A DNA stretch of 64,000 bases from an uncultured virus (IMG/VR IMGVR_UViG_3300046050_000015) (IMGVR_UViG_3300046050_000015); one strand, 5' to 3'. Shown: positions 35,870-46,377, counted from the first letter of the stretch. The notes: generated by a model not told the origin, from the letters alone. Translations and numbers: made by a program.

Positions 35870-36421
35870 ATGAGCAAGAACCCATATCCGTTCGAGTTCG
35901 AGGCTACAATCGTTGACGACGTTCGCGTGCTCGACGAGACAACCATCGAAGTTAATGGTGTCAAGTACGACACTACCGAATGTCTGTACCGTGACGGTGA
36001 AGAGTTAGAGACAACCATCGATACCATGGGGCTTTGTCAGGAGGAGGAAATTACTGATAGTGTTGTTCGTGCCCTCGACCCCCTTGTCAAAGTAGGAGTA
36101 CTTCACATCAGGCCGGTTGGAAGGATTGAGGGGGAGTTCCGTGGTATCGAATACACCACCAACCTTGGCGCACGCGTACACGAAGGTGACATGTTGCTGT
36201 CGTTCCGCAACTCCAAATACTCACCCGAGGACATGTTCGATGATTGCACTGACTCTTGGCACTTTCTCGGTGCCTGGAACCATTACCCCGGGGTTAGTCT
36301 CCGCGTTGCTCCGGACCGGGATGAGGGAGGTCCAGGCAACACTCTACACGACACAATGACGACAGCGGCCGAACTTTCCGAAGGTGACATCCTACTCCTC
36401 AAGACAAGCCCCAAGCGTTAA
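35870..36421 (+). CDS. hypothetical protein
   Basis: 183-aa acidic ORF after TTTTTAGG box. Confidence 0.65.
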   Translation: MSKNPYPFEFEATIVDDVRVLDETTIEVNGVKYDTTECLYRDGEELETTIDTMGLCQEEEITDSVVRALDPLVKVGVLHIRPVGRIEGEFRGIEYTTNLGARVHEGDMLLSFRNSKYSPEDMFDDCTDSWHFLGAWNHYPGVSLRVAPDRDEGGPGNTLHDTMTTAAELSEGDILLLKTSPKR

Positions 36422-36550
36422 GTAGGAACAGCCTCATACCAGAGTAGCCATGAGGGACAAGTTGCCCCCAGACCTCGAACCCTACTATCGTGAACTCTTC
36501 AGTACATCATTGAGGAACTTTGTGACAAGCTTGACCTTGCAGAGCGACAA

Positions 36551-37270
36551 TTGGGGGAACTTCGGGAGATTCAAGACCGCGTAAAGCAATGGCGGTTCGA
36601 GTACGTTCGCTGGGTCGAAGCCGGTCGCGGAGATAAGAGTGACTGGATTCGGGTCAGCCACCTCGACAAGGTTATCGACGCCGCCCGCACATACAAGGAA
36701 AAAGACGATATCAAGTCCGCCCATCTTTACCTGGAGGCCCGAGCGACGGCTGGGCTCTACGGGGGTGGCATTCACGGGGTGGCAAGTGGACACGATTGGC
36801 CCTCCGCGGACCATTATCTCCACCCCGGGATGAAGGAGAACGACGGTGGATATCGGCAGTTTGGATGGGTGAATCGAGCCGACTGCGAGGAGAAAGACCC
36901 CAGTGAAGAGCAGCTTGGTGTTGCAGATTCTCCCATCTGGGAAGGTGTCCCGGCAAGCCCCGGGACCGGGACAGGGACCATTGTCGAGGTCCCCACGAAG
37001 AAAGAAGAATGGGATAGAGATTTCCCGAGGGGTGCGGTGTTGTACAGTCAGTCAACCAAGCCCTGGATGGTATCCATGATGGACGATGCCAGCGCCGTGA
37101 TTACCGTCCTGGGTGGCATGGGAAGCCACGCGGCGCAAGTGTCACGGGAACTCAACACACCTTGCGTGGCGAACGTGATGAGTGCTCAGGGTCAAGAGGA
37201 TGGTGACATCATCAGGGAGGGACAGACGGTTCTGGTTAACGGGAACGAAGGAACCATACGGATTATATAG
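36551..37270 (+). CDS. protein with PEP-utilising phosphohistidine swivel domain
   Basis: GVPASPG..GAVL..T..ASAVIT..GGMGSHAAQVSRELNTPCV..VLVNG; probable true start 36450 with frameshift near 36497. Confidence 0.85.
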   Translation: MGELREIQDRVKQWRFEYVRWVEAGRGDKSDWIRVSHLDKVIDAARTYKEKDDIKSAHLYLEARATAGLYGGGIHGVASGHDWPSADHYLHPGMKENDGGYRQFGWVNRADCEEKDPSEEQLGVADSPIWEGVPASPGTGTGTIVEVPTKKEEWDRDFPRGAVLYSQSTKPWMVSMMDDASAVITVLGGMGSHAAQVSRELNTPCVANVMSAQGQEDGDIIREGQTVLVNGNEGTIRII

Positions 37271-37411
37271 GTTTGGGGCTTTGTCATCGTGAGGTTTTCC
37301 CATAAATTGTCATGGATGTTGGCGATGATTCCCGTACCAAATGCTTGAAGGGCGAGACGTTTGCCCCGACTGTGAACCGGTGGGGTAGAAACAAGATATT
37401 AAGGTGAAGAT

Positions 37412-37657
37412 ATGCTTCACGAACTACTGGAAATCATTTGGCGAGTACTGGGTATCATGCTGTCGGTGGTCGTGCTATGGCTCGTGTGGAGATTGTGGGA
37501 CCAGCTATTGGGTACCCAATCTTCACGCTCACAATCGAGTACGTCCCACCCACGCACCAAGGCCGACACATGCAACCACAAGAAGGAAGCCGTGAACGGG
37601 GCCGGGTTTGGGCGTATCATTCGTTGCAAGAAATGTAACAAAATCTTTGACGCGTGA
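37412..37657 (+). CDS. membrane-anchored Zn-finger protein
   Basis: N-terminal TM helix, CNH..CKKC. Confidence 0.5.
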   Translation: MLHELLEIIWRVLGIMLSVVVLWLVWRLWDQLLGTQSSRSQSSTSHPRTKADTCNHKKEAVNGAGFGRIIRCKKCNKIFDA

Positions 37658-37703
37658 CCCCGTCGAAGATGTTAAGTATGCCGATGAACATTTGTGCCTC
37701 GCA

Positions 37704-37922
37704 ATGAATGAAACGGCACCAGACCCCGAAGGTATCGTGGTCAAATTCAGCGCAAGTGACCGATACCCCTTCAACGCTATCCAAACCATCGAAAACGCGA
37801 TGAAAAACGCCGGCTACAGCCGTGAGTCGGTGGATAGGTTCGTCACCGAATCTTCCCAAGCCGAAACCACGGATAGCGTCGTAGAGATTGCCTCCAAGTA
37901 CGACATTGAGGTGGAGTGGTGA
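37704..37922 (+). CDS. hypothetical protein
   Basis: acidic ORF. Confidence 0.55.
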   Translation: MNETAPDPEGIVVKFSASDRYPFNAIQTIENAMKNAGYSRESVDRFVTESSQAETTDSVVEIASKYDIEVEW

Positions 37923-38308
37923 TGCGTGACCCATTCACCGTTTACGTGGGCGAACGCCACATCGACGACAGCAACCCCGAACACATGTCGGACTGCGCGC
38001 TAGCGTGCGCACTCGAACCCATTCTCGGACGCTGCCATGTCAACTACATGACCGGGAAAGAATGCGGTCGGCGGTTGACTTACGTCGCCACGTTGGGAGA
38101 AGATGGTGAAGAGGTGTTCGTCGCTGGGAAAGAAGCCACGGATTGGTTAGACCGATACGACGACGGTGAAGAGGTGGGCCCCTGCCAAATCGAGCTTCAT
38201 CGTATCGTTGACCTCCATGTCGAAGATAATGAGGTTCAATGGACCAGTAAGCTGTCGAACGGGCAAACCCTCAAGCAATGGTTCGACGAAAGGTGGGAAC
38301 ATGTCTGA
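37922..38308 (+). CDS. hypothetical protein, paralog of 42155-42430
   Basis: HI..CALACAL..WLDRYDDGEEVGP. Confidence 0.6.
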   Translation: MRDPFTVYVGERHIDDSNPEHMSDCALACALEPILGRCHVNYMTGKECGRRLTYVATLGEDGEEVFVAGKEATDWLDRYDDGEEVGPCQIELHRIVDLHVEDNEVQWTSKLSNGQTLKQWFDERWEHV

Positions 38309-39314
38309 GCCCTACATCGAGTTCGAAATCGACGAGCCCACAAAACGGGCGATGGCCATCAATCCCGAGAACATCTGCACCATCGAAGAAGGTGTAGAGA
38401 TGGAGGACGAGGGATTCTTCGGGCTTCGGAACGAATACGAGACTACCCGAGATTGGTGCCGGATTCGGACCACCGATGGTGAGGCTCATCGGATTAGTGA
38501 GCCCTGGGAATTTGTCCTGGAACGAGTTGACCTTGATAGGAACGAGTTCATCAAGGTCGACGCCTATCGGTCCAGTAGGGAGCAGGTTGAGTGTACCGTT
38601 GTGTTCATCCTCGATAATGTGGCCACCGTCAAGAAAGGAGCGAAGGTGAAGGAAACGAACTTCCTAGGTCTCCCCGTGGAGTGGCGAAAAGATAACCAGA
38701 AGGTGGAGATTGGTGTGAACGATGGCACCATCTACACCGCTGAGACGTTTTATAGTTCGGTGATGAACCAGATTCCAAAGGCTCGGAAGACCAATCAACA
38801 GTACGGAGAGGGTAGACTAGTGGGTCTTCGTAATCTTCTGGGGGTCAGTGAACCCACGGTTACCGTGTACCAGGACCACACACTTGCGCATCGTTACACT
38901 GAGCACACGGCACGCATTGACTACAAAAGTGGCCGGGAATCCGAAGAGGTGACCTTTCACGGGTTGGATGTGGAGAATGGGGTCTACAAGTTGGAAGAAA
39001 TTGCAAACTTTCGGGTGGTTACAGCCCCAACAAGAAGTCCCCATGGCCTACCCAGGCACACCCAAAGGAAAATTCAGGTCGACAAAGAGGTCAACCTTAG
39101 CATCCCTCTGAACTCTGTCGAGCGATTCAAGACCATCGATAAGGAAACAAAGGTCGAAAAGCGGACCGTTAAGCACCAATGGAAACGAATGTCTGTCTCC
39201 AAGGCCATGGGGGAGCTTGAAGGAGAAGACAACCTCTATGTCCGTGTTGATGGTGAGTATGTGAGTGGTGTAGAGTTTCATGATAAGGGCTACGATGAGG
39301 AGGACATTCAATGA
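38301..39314 (+). CDS. hypothetical protein with internal repeats
   Basis: two similar N-terminal units (ENICTIEEG..FFGL / DNVATVKKG..FLGL). Confidence 0.65.
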   Translation: MSEPYIEFEIDEPTKRAMAINPENICTIEEGVEMEDEGFFGLRNEYETTRDWCRIRTTDGEAHRISEPWEFVLERVDLDRNEFIKVDAYRSSREQVECTVVFILDNVATVKKGAKVKETNFLGLPVEWRKDNQKVEIGVNDGTIYTAETFYSSVMNQIPKARKTNQQYGEGRLVGLRNLLGVSEPTVTVYQDHTLAHRYTEHTARIDYKSGRESEEVTFHGLDVENGVYKLEEIANFRVVTAPTRSPHGLPRHTQRKIQVDKEVNLSIPLNSVERFKTIDKETKVEKRTVKHQWKRMSVSKAMGELEGEDNLYVRVDGEYVSGVEFHDKGYDEEDIQ

Positions 39315-40063
39315 ACCTTGAAAACACCATTGGGAGGGTTTTGCTTTCCCTGCTCGTTTCCGGAATCCTCATGTTGCTCATGGGAACTTTTATCTCGTAC
39401 ATCTGGGGATAATGACATAATTTAGGTGAACCTAAAAATGGGGCATTGTGAAGAGTGGGGGCAAAAGAATCTATCCAGGCGACATTCAATGATTTACAAC
39501 CGGATTATAGCTTGGGATAAATTGGCAGGAAACATGAATCACTTCCCAACATTTATCAGAGATAATACGCAGGGCCACCAGTCCGGATATATTCATGAGT
39601 GAAACACCACACCCAGAGTTCGAGTTAGCCGACGAGACCATTTCTGGGGCTCGGATGCAGTACATAACCGAGTACCAGCTCGACCCAGACGAACGTGTAG
39701 AGTGGGAGCTTGATGGGTACGAAAGCCCTCGGGTGAATGAATGGTAGACTTGGTATCCCTAACGATACCATGTGGTAGTGTTTGGAAAACCTGGGGGGTA
39801 TACTTTAATGCATTGGATACATAATTTCTTCGTCGTCTACGTCGGTGGTCACTAGGTTTAAGTACGTGAAGATGTATTGATGAGTATGTGTCTCGGACTC
39901 AAAGACTGGCTCAAAGAATTATTCGGTGGAGAAGGGCCCTCCGGAGAAGACATGGTGACGGTGAAGCACAGGTTCACCCACGAACACACCTGGCAAGAGA
40001 AAACCATCAACGTTCTCTACGTAGACGACGAGAAAGGCCTCTTCACCCCACTGCGCGGAAGCA

Positions 40064-40441
40064 ATGGGTGAAGACTTGGCTAAATTACAGGACGGAGTAG
40101 AGGAACTTGAAGCACAAATTCAACGCCTACGTGAGGACCACGAGGACGGCTCCATGGAAGCACGCATTGAATCCTTGTACGAGTTCACCGAAGAATACCT
40201 AGGTCATAGTCGATTCAGTGCCCGCGCCCCCGAAGGGGTATTGTTTGAGGCTTATTTGGAGCAACAAGAGCTGGTGGAGAGTTTGGTTGCCAAGCTCGAT
40301 GAAGCCGAAGGTGCCCTAATCGAGGATATCGCGAATCCAAGTGAAGTGCAGGGGCAGGGGGCGCTGGCCACTATTCAGCAAGCATTGAACCAAGTACAAG
40401 AAGCAAATATTGAACTGAACCCAAATGACACTGAAAATTGA
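40064..40441 (+). CDS. coiled-coil protein
   Basis: acidic helical ORF. Confidence 0.6.
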   Translation: MGEDLAKLQDGVEELEAQIQRLREDHEDGSMEARIESLYEFTEEYLGHSRFSARAPEGVLFEAYLEQQELVESLVAKLDEAEGALIEDIANPSEVQGQGALATIQQALNQVQEANIELNPNDTEN

Positions 40442-40727
40442 CGAAATTTACCCCCTGGGGGATGAAAAATTCCCCTGGGAGGGGGGTCAAGGTGGGGTGG
40501 AGAGTTTAGACGTGTACAGGTTCTCCTTCACGCTCGGCGACGGTATCCCGATGGAGGGGAAAACGGGGGTTGACCATCCACCGATGCGTCGATACTGCCC
40601 CGAGAAGGAATGTCAGTGTGGATACGTGAACGCTTACGTCGACGAAGAGCCAACATATTGTCCGGTTTGTCGATGGCCCCTCGACATGCCCGGGAACCCC
40701 GGACCAGGGCCCGATAAGGGGTGGTAG
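40425..40727 (+). CDS. Zn-finger protein
   Basis: CPEKECQC..CPVC. Confidence 0.55.
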   Translation: MTLKIDEIYPLGDEKFPWEGGQGGVESLDVYRFSFTLGDGIPMEGKTGVDHPPMRRYCPEKECQCGYVNAYVDEEPTYCPVCRWPLDMPGNPGPGPDKGW

Positions 40728-40870
40728 GGGGTGGTGGAGATGAATATTTGATTGTTCCCAAAGAACCCCAAGGTTCATCGTTTCCCGGGCATGAGGATGT
40801 ATGGGGGCAGTAAGCTTCAGGTAAACATTGGGTACAAGGACTCAGAGTTTTACGAACGGTTGTTGACACG

Positions 40871-40913
40871 GAAATCAAGGGATTGATTTCGGCCAGGTCT
40901 ATGGGGGGGGGGG
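40871..40913 (+). repeat. palindrome plus G-string motif, copy 1 of 4
   Basis: GAAATCAA-GGGA-TTGATTTC-GGCCAGGTCTAT-G(n). Confidence 0.7.
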
Positions 40914-41180
40914 TGGTGGGCCCGGCCCGGGTAACCGGGGGTGGGAACGGAAGACTTATGTGGGTGACTGATACCACTCCCTGTTGAACGTTCGGGTTAA
41001 GAGGTTAGATGGTGGTTCGAACAGTTTTGTGTGACTGCCAGGAGACATCATCCTGGCTGTGGTGACCGGTGGCATGTTCCGAGGGTAAGTAAGGCTCCCT
41101 ACTTGAAGGTTTGGAGAATCAAATTGCAGCGACGGGTAGCGAAAGGTATAAGTGGGAGCCCCTGAATCTACACTCAGACG

Positions 41181-41298
41181 TAGCCTACAGTTTGCCACTA
41201 CGGCGAGCCGGCCCTTAGCTATCAGCGGGAACGCGAAGAATGGGACGCAGAGCCGCGATAGCTACCTCGAAACGGTCCGAGAACTGGACCAATAGGTT
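41181..41298 (+). ncRNA. multibranched RNA or 5' leader candidate
   Basis: AGCCTA/TAGGTT closing; GTTTGCC/GGCGAGC; TAGCTATC/GATAGCTA; GGTCC/GGACC; promoter AAAGGTATAAGT upstream. Confidence 0.5.
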
Positions 41299-41330
41299 TA
41301 TATGCGTGGAGGTTGTTGGGAGGGGTAGCC

Positions 41331-41642
41331 ATGATTCCAACGCAAGAACAAGCACAACAAGCGGCGGAGAGTCTTGGGGACGGGCACGAGGAGGTTCAGA
41401 ACTTCCTCGAAAGGGTAGCAGAGGGGGAAGTTCGGGAAACGCTCATCACCGATATCGATGCAGTGAGGGCCGCCAAGACGGCCCAACGGAGAGCACAAGG
41501 CAGCGCCGACCTCGCCCTGATGGCACTGCTCAAAGCCAAAACGCGAAGACTGGGAAGGGTGGCGAGAGCCGACCTCGTGACCGCCCGGCAACACATCGAA
41601 CACAGCATCAAACAAGTCGACCTCGCTGACGAGATGTGGTGA
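41331..41642 (+). CDS. hypothetical protein
   Basis: helical ORF with SD GGAGGG. Confidence 0.6.
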   Translation: MIPTQEQAQQAAESLGDGHEEVQNFLERVAEGEVRETLITDIDAVRAAKTAQRRAQGSADLALMALLKAKTRRLGRVARADLVTARQHIEHSIKQVDLADEMW

Positions 41643-41666
41643 CCTGTTACCAAGGATAAGAGCTAA

Positions 41667-42149
41667 GTGAAGAGGAACATATGGGTCGTTGCCATGATTG
41701 ATGTCAACTACGGCGAAACAACGTACCTCGTGGATGTCAAGCAGCTTGCATTCGCAAACGGGAAGGTCTACTTCCAGGAAAGATATCCCGACGTTGAAAG
41801 GGAACGGAACGGAAAACGAGGACAAATTACGCTCAGCAGTACCGTTCAAGCCGAAGTCGAAGGCTACTTGACCGCCCTCCACCAACAGGGAGAATTGGAG
41901 GAGCCACAGAGGGGGGAGGTCTGCGGGTGGGAATGGACCACGCACCCCGGGTACGAACTGGAAGAAGGAGACCTATGCCTATCGTTCCGAGAAGAACACC
42001 TCTTCAACACGTGCCTGGAAAGGGCAGAACACGGGGAGACGAGTATCCTCAGCGCGGTTGCGAGCGTGAAGATGATTGGTGGAGGGGATGCCGGGCAAAC
42101 GCTGGAAGAGCGGGCCGAGGGCCTGTTTGTGGTTGTTCTCAAGGGGTGA
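41667..42149 (+). CDS. hypothetical protein, paralog of 42960-43406
   Basis: GWEWTTHPGYELEEGD. Confidence 0.6.
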   Translation: MKRNIWVVAMIDVNYGETTYLVDVKQLAFANGKVYFQERYPDVERERNGKRGQITLSSTVQAEVEGYLTALHQQGELEEPQRGEVCGWEWTTHPGYELEEGDLCLSFREEHLFNTCLERAEHGETSILSAVASVKMIGGGDAGQTLEERAEGLFVVVLKG

Positions 42150-42154
42150 AACGG

Positions 42155-42430
42155 ATGGACGTAGAAGTGAAGAAAGAACACATTCAAAGGGGGGACGTTT
42201 ACTGTATGGAATGCCCCATTGCGCTCGCCCTGAGCGACAAGCCCGGGGTGAGAGGGGCGAAAGTGATGAGTAACGGGAACACGGTCCTCAAGAAGCACGG
42301 GGAGTTCTGTCGGATGGAATGGGAAGACCCCGAGGGCGTGGTGGACTGGATTCAACGATTCGACAAAGGAGAGGATGTGACCCCGAAGATGTTCGAGGGG
42401 GAGGTAAACGTTAAGAGGGGGGAGGAATAA
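42155..42430 (+). CDS. hypothetical protein
   Basis: EHIQRG..CPIALAL..WIQRFDKGEDVTP. Confidence 0.65.
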   Translation: MDVEVKKEHIQRGDVYCMECPIALALSDKPGVRGAKVMSNGNTVLKKHGEFCRMEWEDPEGVVDWIQRFDKGEDVTPKMFEGEVNVKRGEE

Positions 42431-42613
42431 ATGGAAGGTATGTCACAGCTTACCAAGGACGTGGAGGAATGGCTCGAACAAGGTGAAGATGGGGGGGGGG
42501 GGGTTAGGTGCATTCTTCACGACGACGGGAAGCATATCCTTATGCGGGTGCCCCAGGGTGGAGAATGGGAACACATCAACGGGGACCCCATTCAGGTCGA
42601 CCAATAACGCTAT

Positions 42614-42973
42614 ATGAGGGTAGGCGTATTGGGAGACATGATTATGACGGAAGACATGGGAGAAAGCAACGTGAAGAGAGACGTTCTTGAGGTACTCCAG
42701 GGCCAAAGGGGTAGGGGTAACGCCGTTACGACGAAAGAAATCGCCAACAATATTGGCCTCAACTACGAACACGACACCGTTCCTGAGGTACGGAAGGTCA
42801 TCAAGGAACTCCTCAACGACGGCCACGGGGTGGCCAGTTGCAATCAAGACTTCTACATGGTGGAGAGTATCAAAGACCTCAACAACTACATGGAAGACAT
42901 GCGAACCCGAATCAAAGGACTACACATGGACCACATGGTGGACGCCTTCTGGGATAACGATGAAACTGCCTGA
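42614..42973 (+). CDS. winged-helix DNA-binding protein
   Basis: GRGNAVTTKEIA..VRKVIKEL..VAS..FYM. Confidence 0.65.
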   Translation: MRVGVLGDMIMTEDMGESNVKRDVLEVLQGQRGRGNAVTTKEIANNIGLNYEHDTVPEVRKVIKELLNDGHGVASCNQDFYMVESIKDLNNYMEDMRTRIKGLHMDHMVDAFWDNDETA

Positions 42974-43406
42974 CGTCGACATGAAAGACGACGAAGTGCA
43001 CGCCACGGTTCGATACCGGAGCAGGCAAGACTTTCGGGTCGAATTCGACATCGGCGAAGACATTCGATGGGACGAAGGTGGAGAACTGGTGATTGCCGAA
43101 GACCACAGCCTCAGAAAGGAAGAAATAGCCTACCTGCGTGGGGTGCTAGAAGAACGGCTTGAGCCACCCGTGGGGTACGAGAGTGGAGAATGGATTACGC
43201 ACCCATGGACCACGAACCCCCGATACGAACTGGAAAAGGGAGATATTTTGGTCGATGAAGATGGGTTGAGATACCTCCGCAACAACAACCCCGACGCACT
43301 TATGGCAGCCAATGAGGTCACAGCAAGCGCGAACTGGGTCAAAGCAGAAACACTCGGCGACCTCCCAGGGTGCTATGTTGCTGTAATCAAGACCGGGGGG
43401 TCTTAA
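42960..43406 (+). CDS. hypothetical protein
   Basis: GEWITHPW..YELEKGD. Confidence 0.6.
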   Translation: MKLPDVDMKDDEVHATVRYRSRQDFRVEFDIGEDIRWDEGGELVIAEDHSLRKEEIAYLRGVLEERLEPPVGYESGEWITHPWTTNPRYELEKGDILVDEDGLRYLRNNNPDALMAANEVTASANWVKAETLGDLPGCYVAVIKTGGS

Positions 43407-43445
43407 AAACCCCACGGTGGGGGGTTACTCCCTCACCATCGTTAC

Positions 43446-43597
43446 GTTCACGTCACACTCCGGGTGTAGCAATCGGGAATGGCCATCCGCATGGCGTCCC
43501 TTTGTGATGTTTCTGTTACACGGTTCCAGTCATGGCGTGTCGTGGAATTCGGCTACTGACCTTATGAACCGGCCCGAGGCGGCCCGGAGTCACTGAC
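43446..43597 (-). ncRNA. structured RNA candidate
   Basis: closing stem GTCA..ACTCCGGG/CCCGGAGT..TGAC; minus-strand CTCTTAATAA box upstream; hairpin downstream. Confidence 0.4.
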
Positions 43598-43810
43598 TTT
43601 AACTTCTTCATCACATTATTAAGAGTCTAAAGATACTTATTAAATATGATGTAACAAATATGTCACATATATAATAATGTTGTTCTTTTCTTCCGGTCCA
43701 TTTTCGAATTTTTTGACGTATTTTTGAGGCGTTGTTATTCGCTACCTAACCTTTAAGTGGTCCCCTTTACACGCCCTTTGCGTCCTTTTTCTGGCATTGT
43801 TAGAGGTTCC

Positions 43811-43855
43811 AAAATCAAGGGAATGATTTCGGCCAGTTCTATGGGGGGGGGGGGG
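43811..43855 (+). repeat. palindrome plus G-string motif, copy 2
   Basis: AAAATCAAGGGAATGATTTCGGCCAGTTCTAT-G(n). Confidence 0.7.
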
Positions 43856-44365
43856 ATATTGTTCGGTCTGGGTCACATCACTCCACCCTTTATAAGGGTT
43901 GGTGTTACCCCTACTATATAAGGGTTCCGGTTTGCATCCTTACTTGAACCTTTGGATTGGGATGCCTTTATCTGGACGGGGTTATCCACCCCCTTATCAA
44001 TCTTCCCCCTTTCAATTCAATAACTATTCGAACCTTTCGATGCTCACTTCTGTCCATTATTTGCCGAGCCTTCTACCTCGTACCATGCCCGGGAGTAGCG
44101 AGCTTCCTCCATTTAACTCTTCCCCCAACGACCCCCAACCACTTCAATCTTTCCCCCGGACCGCTATCAAGAACTAACTTTACCCCCATTGGCATCGCCG
44201 GGGTCATCGGCCCGGGCCTGGCGTGCCCCCACATTCTCCCCTAACCACTTAACCCTTTCCCCTAAGCAATCCTCTACCCACTATCGGTGGAAAACGATAC
44301 CATCCCATTCTATCACTGATAACACGACCCAAACATTGACATATCCTCACCCACATCTCCACTCG

Positions 44366-44767
44366 ATGGACGAACACCGCCACACATACTGGGTCTACTG
44401 CCCCCGAGGATTCGGCAACGAATACACCATCATCGCCGTACCCATGGGCCACGTGCCCGCACGCAAAGTAACCACCCCGGACGGAAAAGTGAAGAAAAAG
44501 CCCCTAAACCCCGGCCCGGGAGCATCGCTCGAACGCGTCACCCGGGACAAGGCCCTGAAACGACTCAGAGCCACGGCCCCCGAGACCAAGCCCACGGTAC
44601 ACGCCAACGCTTCCCTATGCCCGTACTGCGACCAAGATGCCCTCCAGGCCCAAGCCCGCGAACGCGGCGACTACAGCCCCCTCGCGGGCCGCGTGAAGCA
44701 AGCCCTCCAATGCAAACGCTTCGGCAACCCCCTGGACCAACCCGCCAGCATCCCCCGTGAAGAGTAG
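44366..44767 (+). CDS. hypothetical protein (YCPRGFGNEY), copy 1
   Basis: single gene in the duplicated unit. Confidence 0.65.
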   Translation: MDEHRHTYWVYCPRGFGNEYTIIAVPMGHVPARKVTTPDGKVKKKPLNPGPGASLERVTRDKALKRLRATAPETKPTVHANASLCPYCDQDALQAQARERGDYSPLAGRVKQALQCKRFGNPLDQPASIPREE

Positions 44768-45216
44768 GGGCGGGGTCCAGTGGTTTGACTCGGGGTCAGA
44801 CTAACCCCCTCTTCACTTCTCTTTTTCTCGCATCCGCGCCGACCAGCAGCAGCCGGTAATGCATGCGCGGGAACCTACTTCAACATTCCGCCACTGACTT
44901 CGTTAGATTAGGCCTCGAACGAGTGAAGAATGGAAAACTGACCTTCCCATCTCGGGGTCCCACAGGCTCACTGGCTCAACGACCCCCAACCACTTCAATC
45001 TTTCCCCCGGACCGCTATCAAGAACTAACTTTACCCCCATTGGCATCGCCGGGGTCATCGGCCCGGGCCTGGCGTGCCCCCACATTCTCCCCTAACCACT
45101 TAACCCTTTCCCCTAAGCAATCCTCTACCCACTATCGGTGGAAAACGATACCATCCCATTCTATCACTGATAACACGACCCAAACATTGACATATCCTCA
45201 CCCACATCTCCACTCG

Positions 45217-45618
45217 ATGGACGAACACCGCCACACATACTGGGTCTACTGCCCCCGAGGATTCGGCAACGAATACACCATCATCGCCGTACCCATGGGC
45301 CACGTGCCCGCACGCAAAGTAACCACCCCGGACGGAAAAGTGAAGAAAAAGCCCCTAAACCCCGGCCCGGGAGCATCGCTCGAACGCGTCACCCGGGACA
45401 AGGCCCTGAAACGACTCAGAGCCACGGCCCCCGAGACCAAGCCCACGGTACACGCCAACGCTTCCCTATGCCCGTACTGCGACCAAGATGCCCTCCAGGC
45501 CCAAGCCCGCGAACGCGGCGACTACAGCCCCCTCGCGGGCCGCGTGAAGCAAGCCCTCCAATGCAAACGCTTCGGCAACCCCCTGGACCAACCCGCCAGC
45601 ATCCCCCGTGAAGAGTAG
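45217..45618 (+). CDS. hypothetical protein (YCPRGFGNEY), copy 2
   Basis: same protein as copy 1. Confidence 0.65.
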   Translation: MDEHRHTYWVYCPRGFGNEYTIIAVPMGHVPARKVTTPDGKVKKKPLNPGPGASLERVTRDKALKRLRATAPETKPTVHANASLCPYCDQDALQAQARERGDYSPLAGRVKQALQCKRFGNPLDQPASIPREE

Positions 45619-45959
45619 GGGCGGGGTCCAGTGGTTTGACTCGGGGTCAGACTAACCCCCTCTTCACTTCTCTTTTTCTCGCATCCGCGCCGACCAGCAG
45701 CAGCCGGTAATGCATGCGCGGGAACCTACTTCAACATTCCGCCACTGACTTCGTTAGATTAGGCCTCGAACGAGTGAAGAATGGAAAACTGACCTTCCCA
45801 TCTCGGGGTCCCACAGGCTCACTGGCTCAACGACCCCCAACCACTTCAATCTTGCCCCATCTCCCCACTGTGACAGGGGTCCGGACTTCGCGGGGGCGCG
45901 ATGAGGTTTAGGCTTGCCTAAATGACAAACCCCTCTATTCGCTGTCAGCTTTCATAGAG

Positions 45960-46377
45960 CTTCTGGCTGGCAGATTTCGGACTTAGACGGGTTGGTGACA
46001 TTCGGACCGAGTTGCTTGTCGACGTTAGAGCGGGTCTGGCTGGGAAATTTTGGAGTTATAGGGGTTTGTGACAAATTTCGGGGGTTTTCCGGGGGGTACG
46101 ATTTCAACGACTCGATTCGGTGGGAAACCTTTATGTGTCTTGCCAACACAGTACCTACTGTAGCTGTGGGTATCTTAATTTATTTCATACAAAAAATCTT
46201 AAGGAAGAGGAATAGGGGGGAAAACTGTCTGAGATTGTACCCCCCCGAGAACCCCCCCAAATTTGTCACATACCCCTCTAACCCCCAAACTCCTAAGCCA
46301 GAAGCCATTTCCCGTCGACAAGGCAAATCGGCCGTTTGTCTCCGACCCGTCTAAGCCCCAAATTTCCCAGCCAGAAG
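45960..46377. repeat. origin-like inverted-repeat element, copy B, about 140-bp imperfect arms
   Basis: CTTCTGGCTGG..CTTAGACGGGT..CTTGTCGACG..TGTGACAAATTT..GGGGGGTACGAT mirrored after the AT-rich core. Confidence 0.75.

Larger units (their letters stand above)
44126..45853 (+). repeat. 851-bp tandem duplication bounded by a 26-bp direct repeat
   Basis: 44126-44976 matches 44977-45827; CAACGACCCCCAACCACTTCAATCTT at 44126, 44977, 45828. Confidence 0.9.

Noticed and set aside
42431..42607. programmed frameshift or phase variation at the G-run near 42490
   Set aside because: MEGMSQLTKDVEEWLEQGEDG likely continues as VRCILHDDGK in another frame, but long G/C runs (also 9937, 11535, 40903, 43843) are error-prone; needs reads
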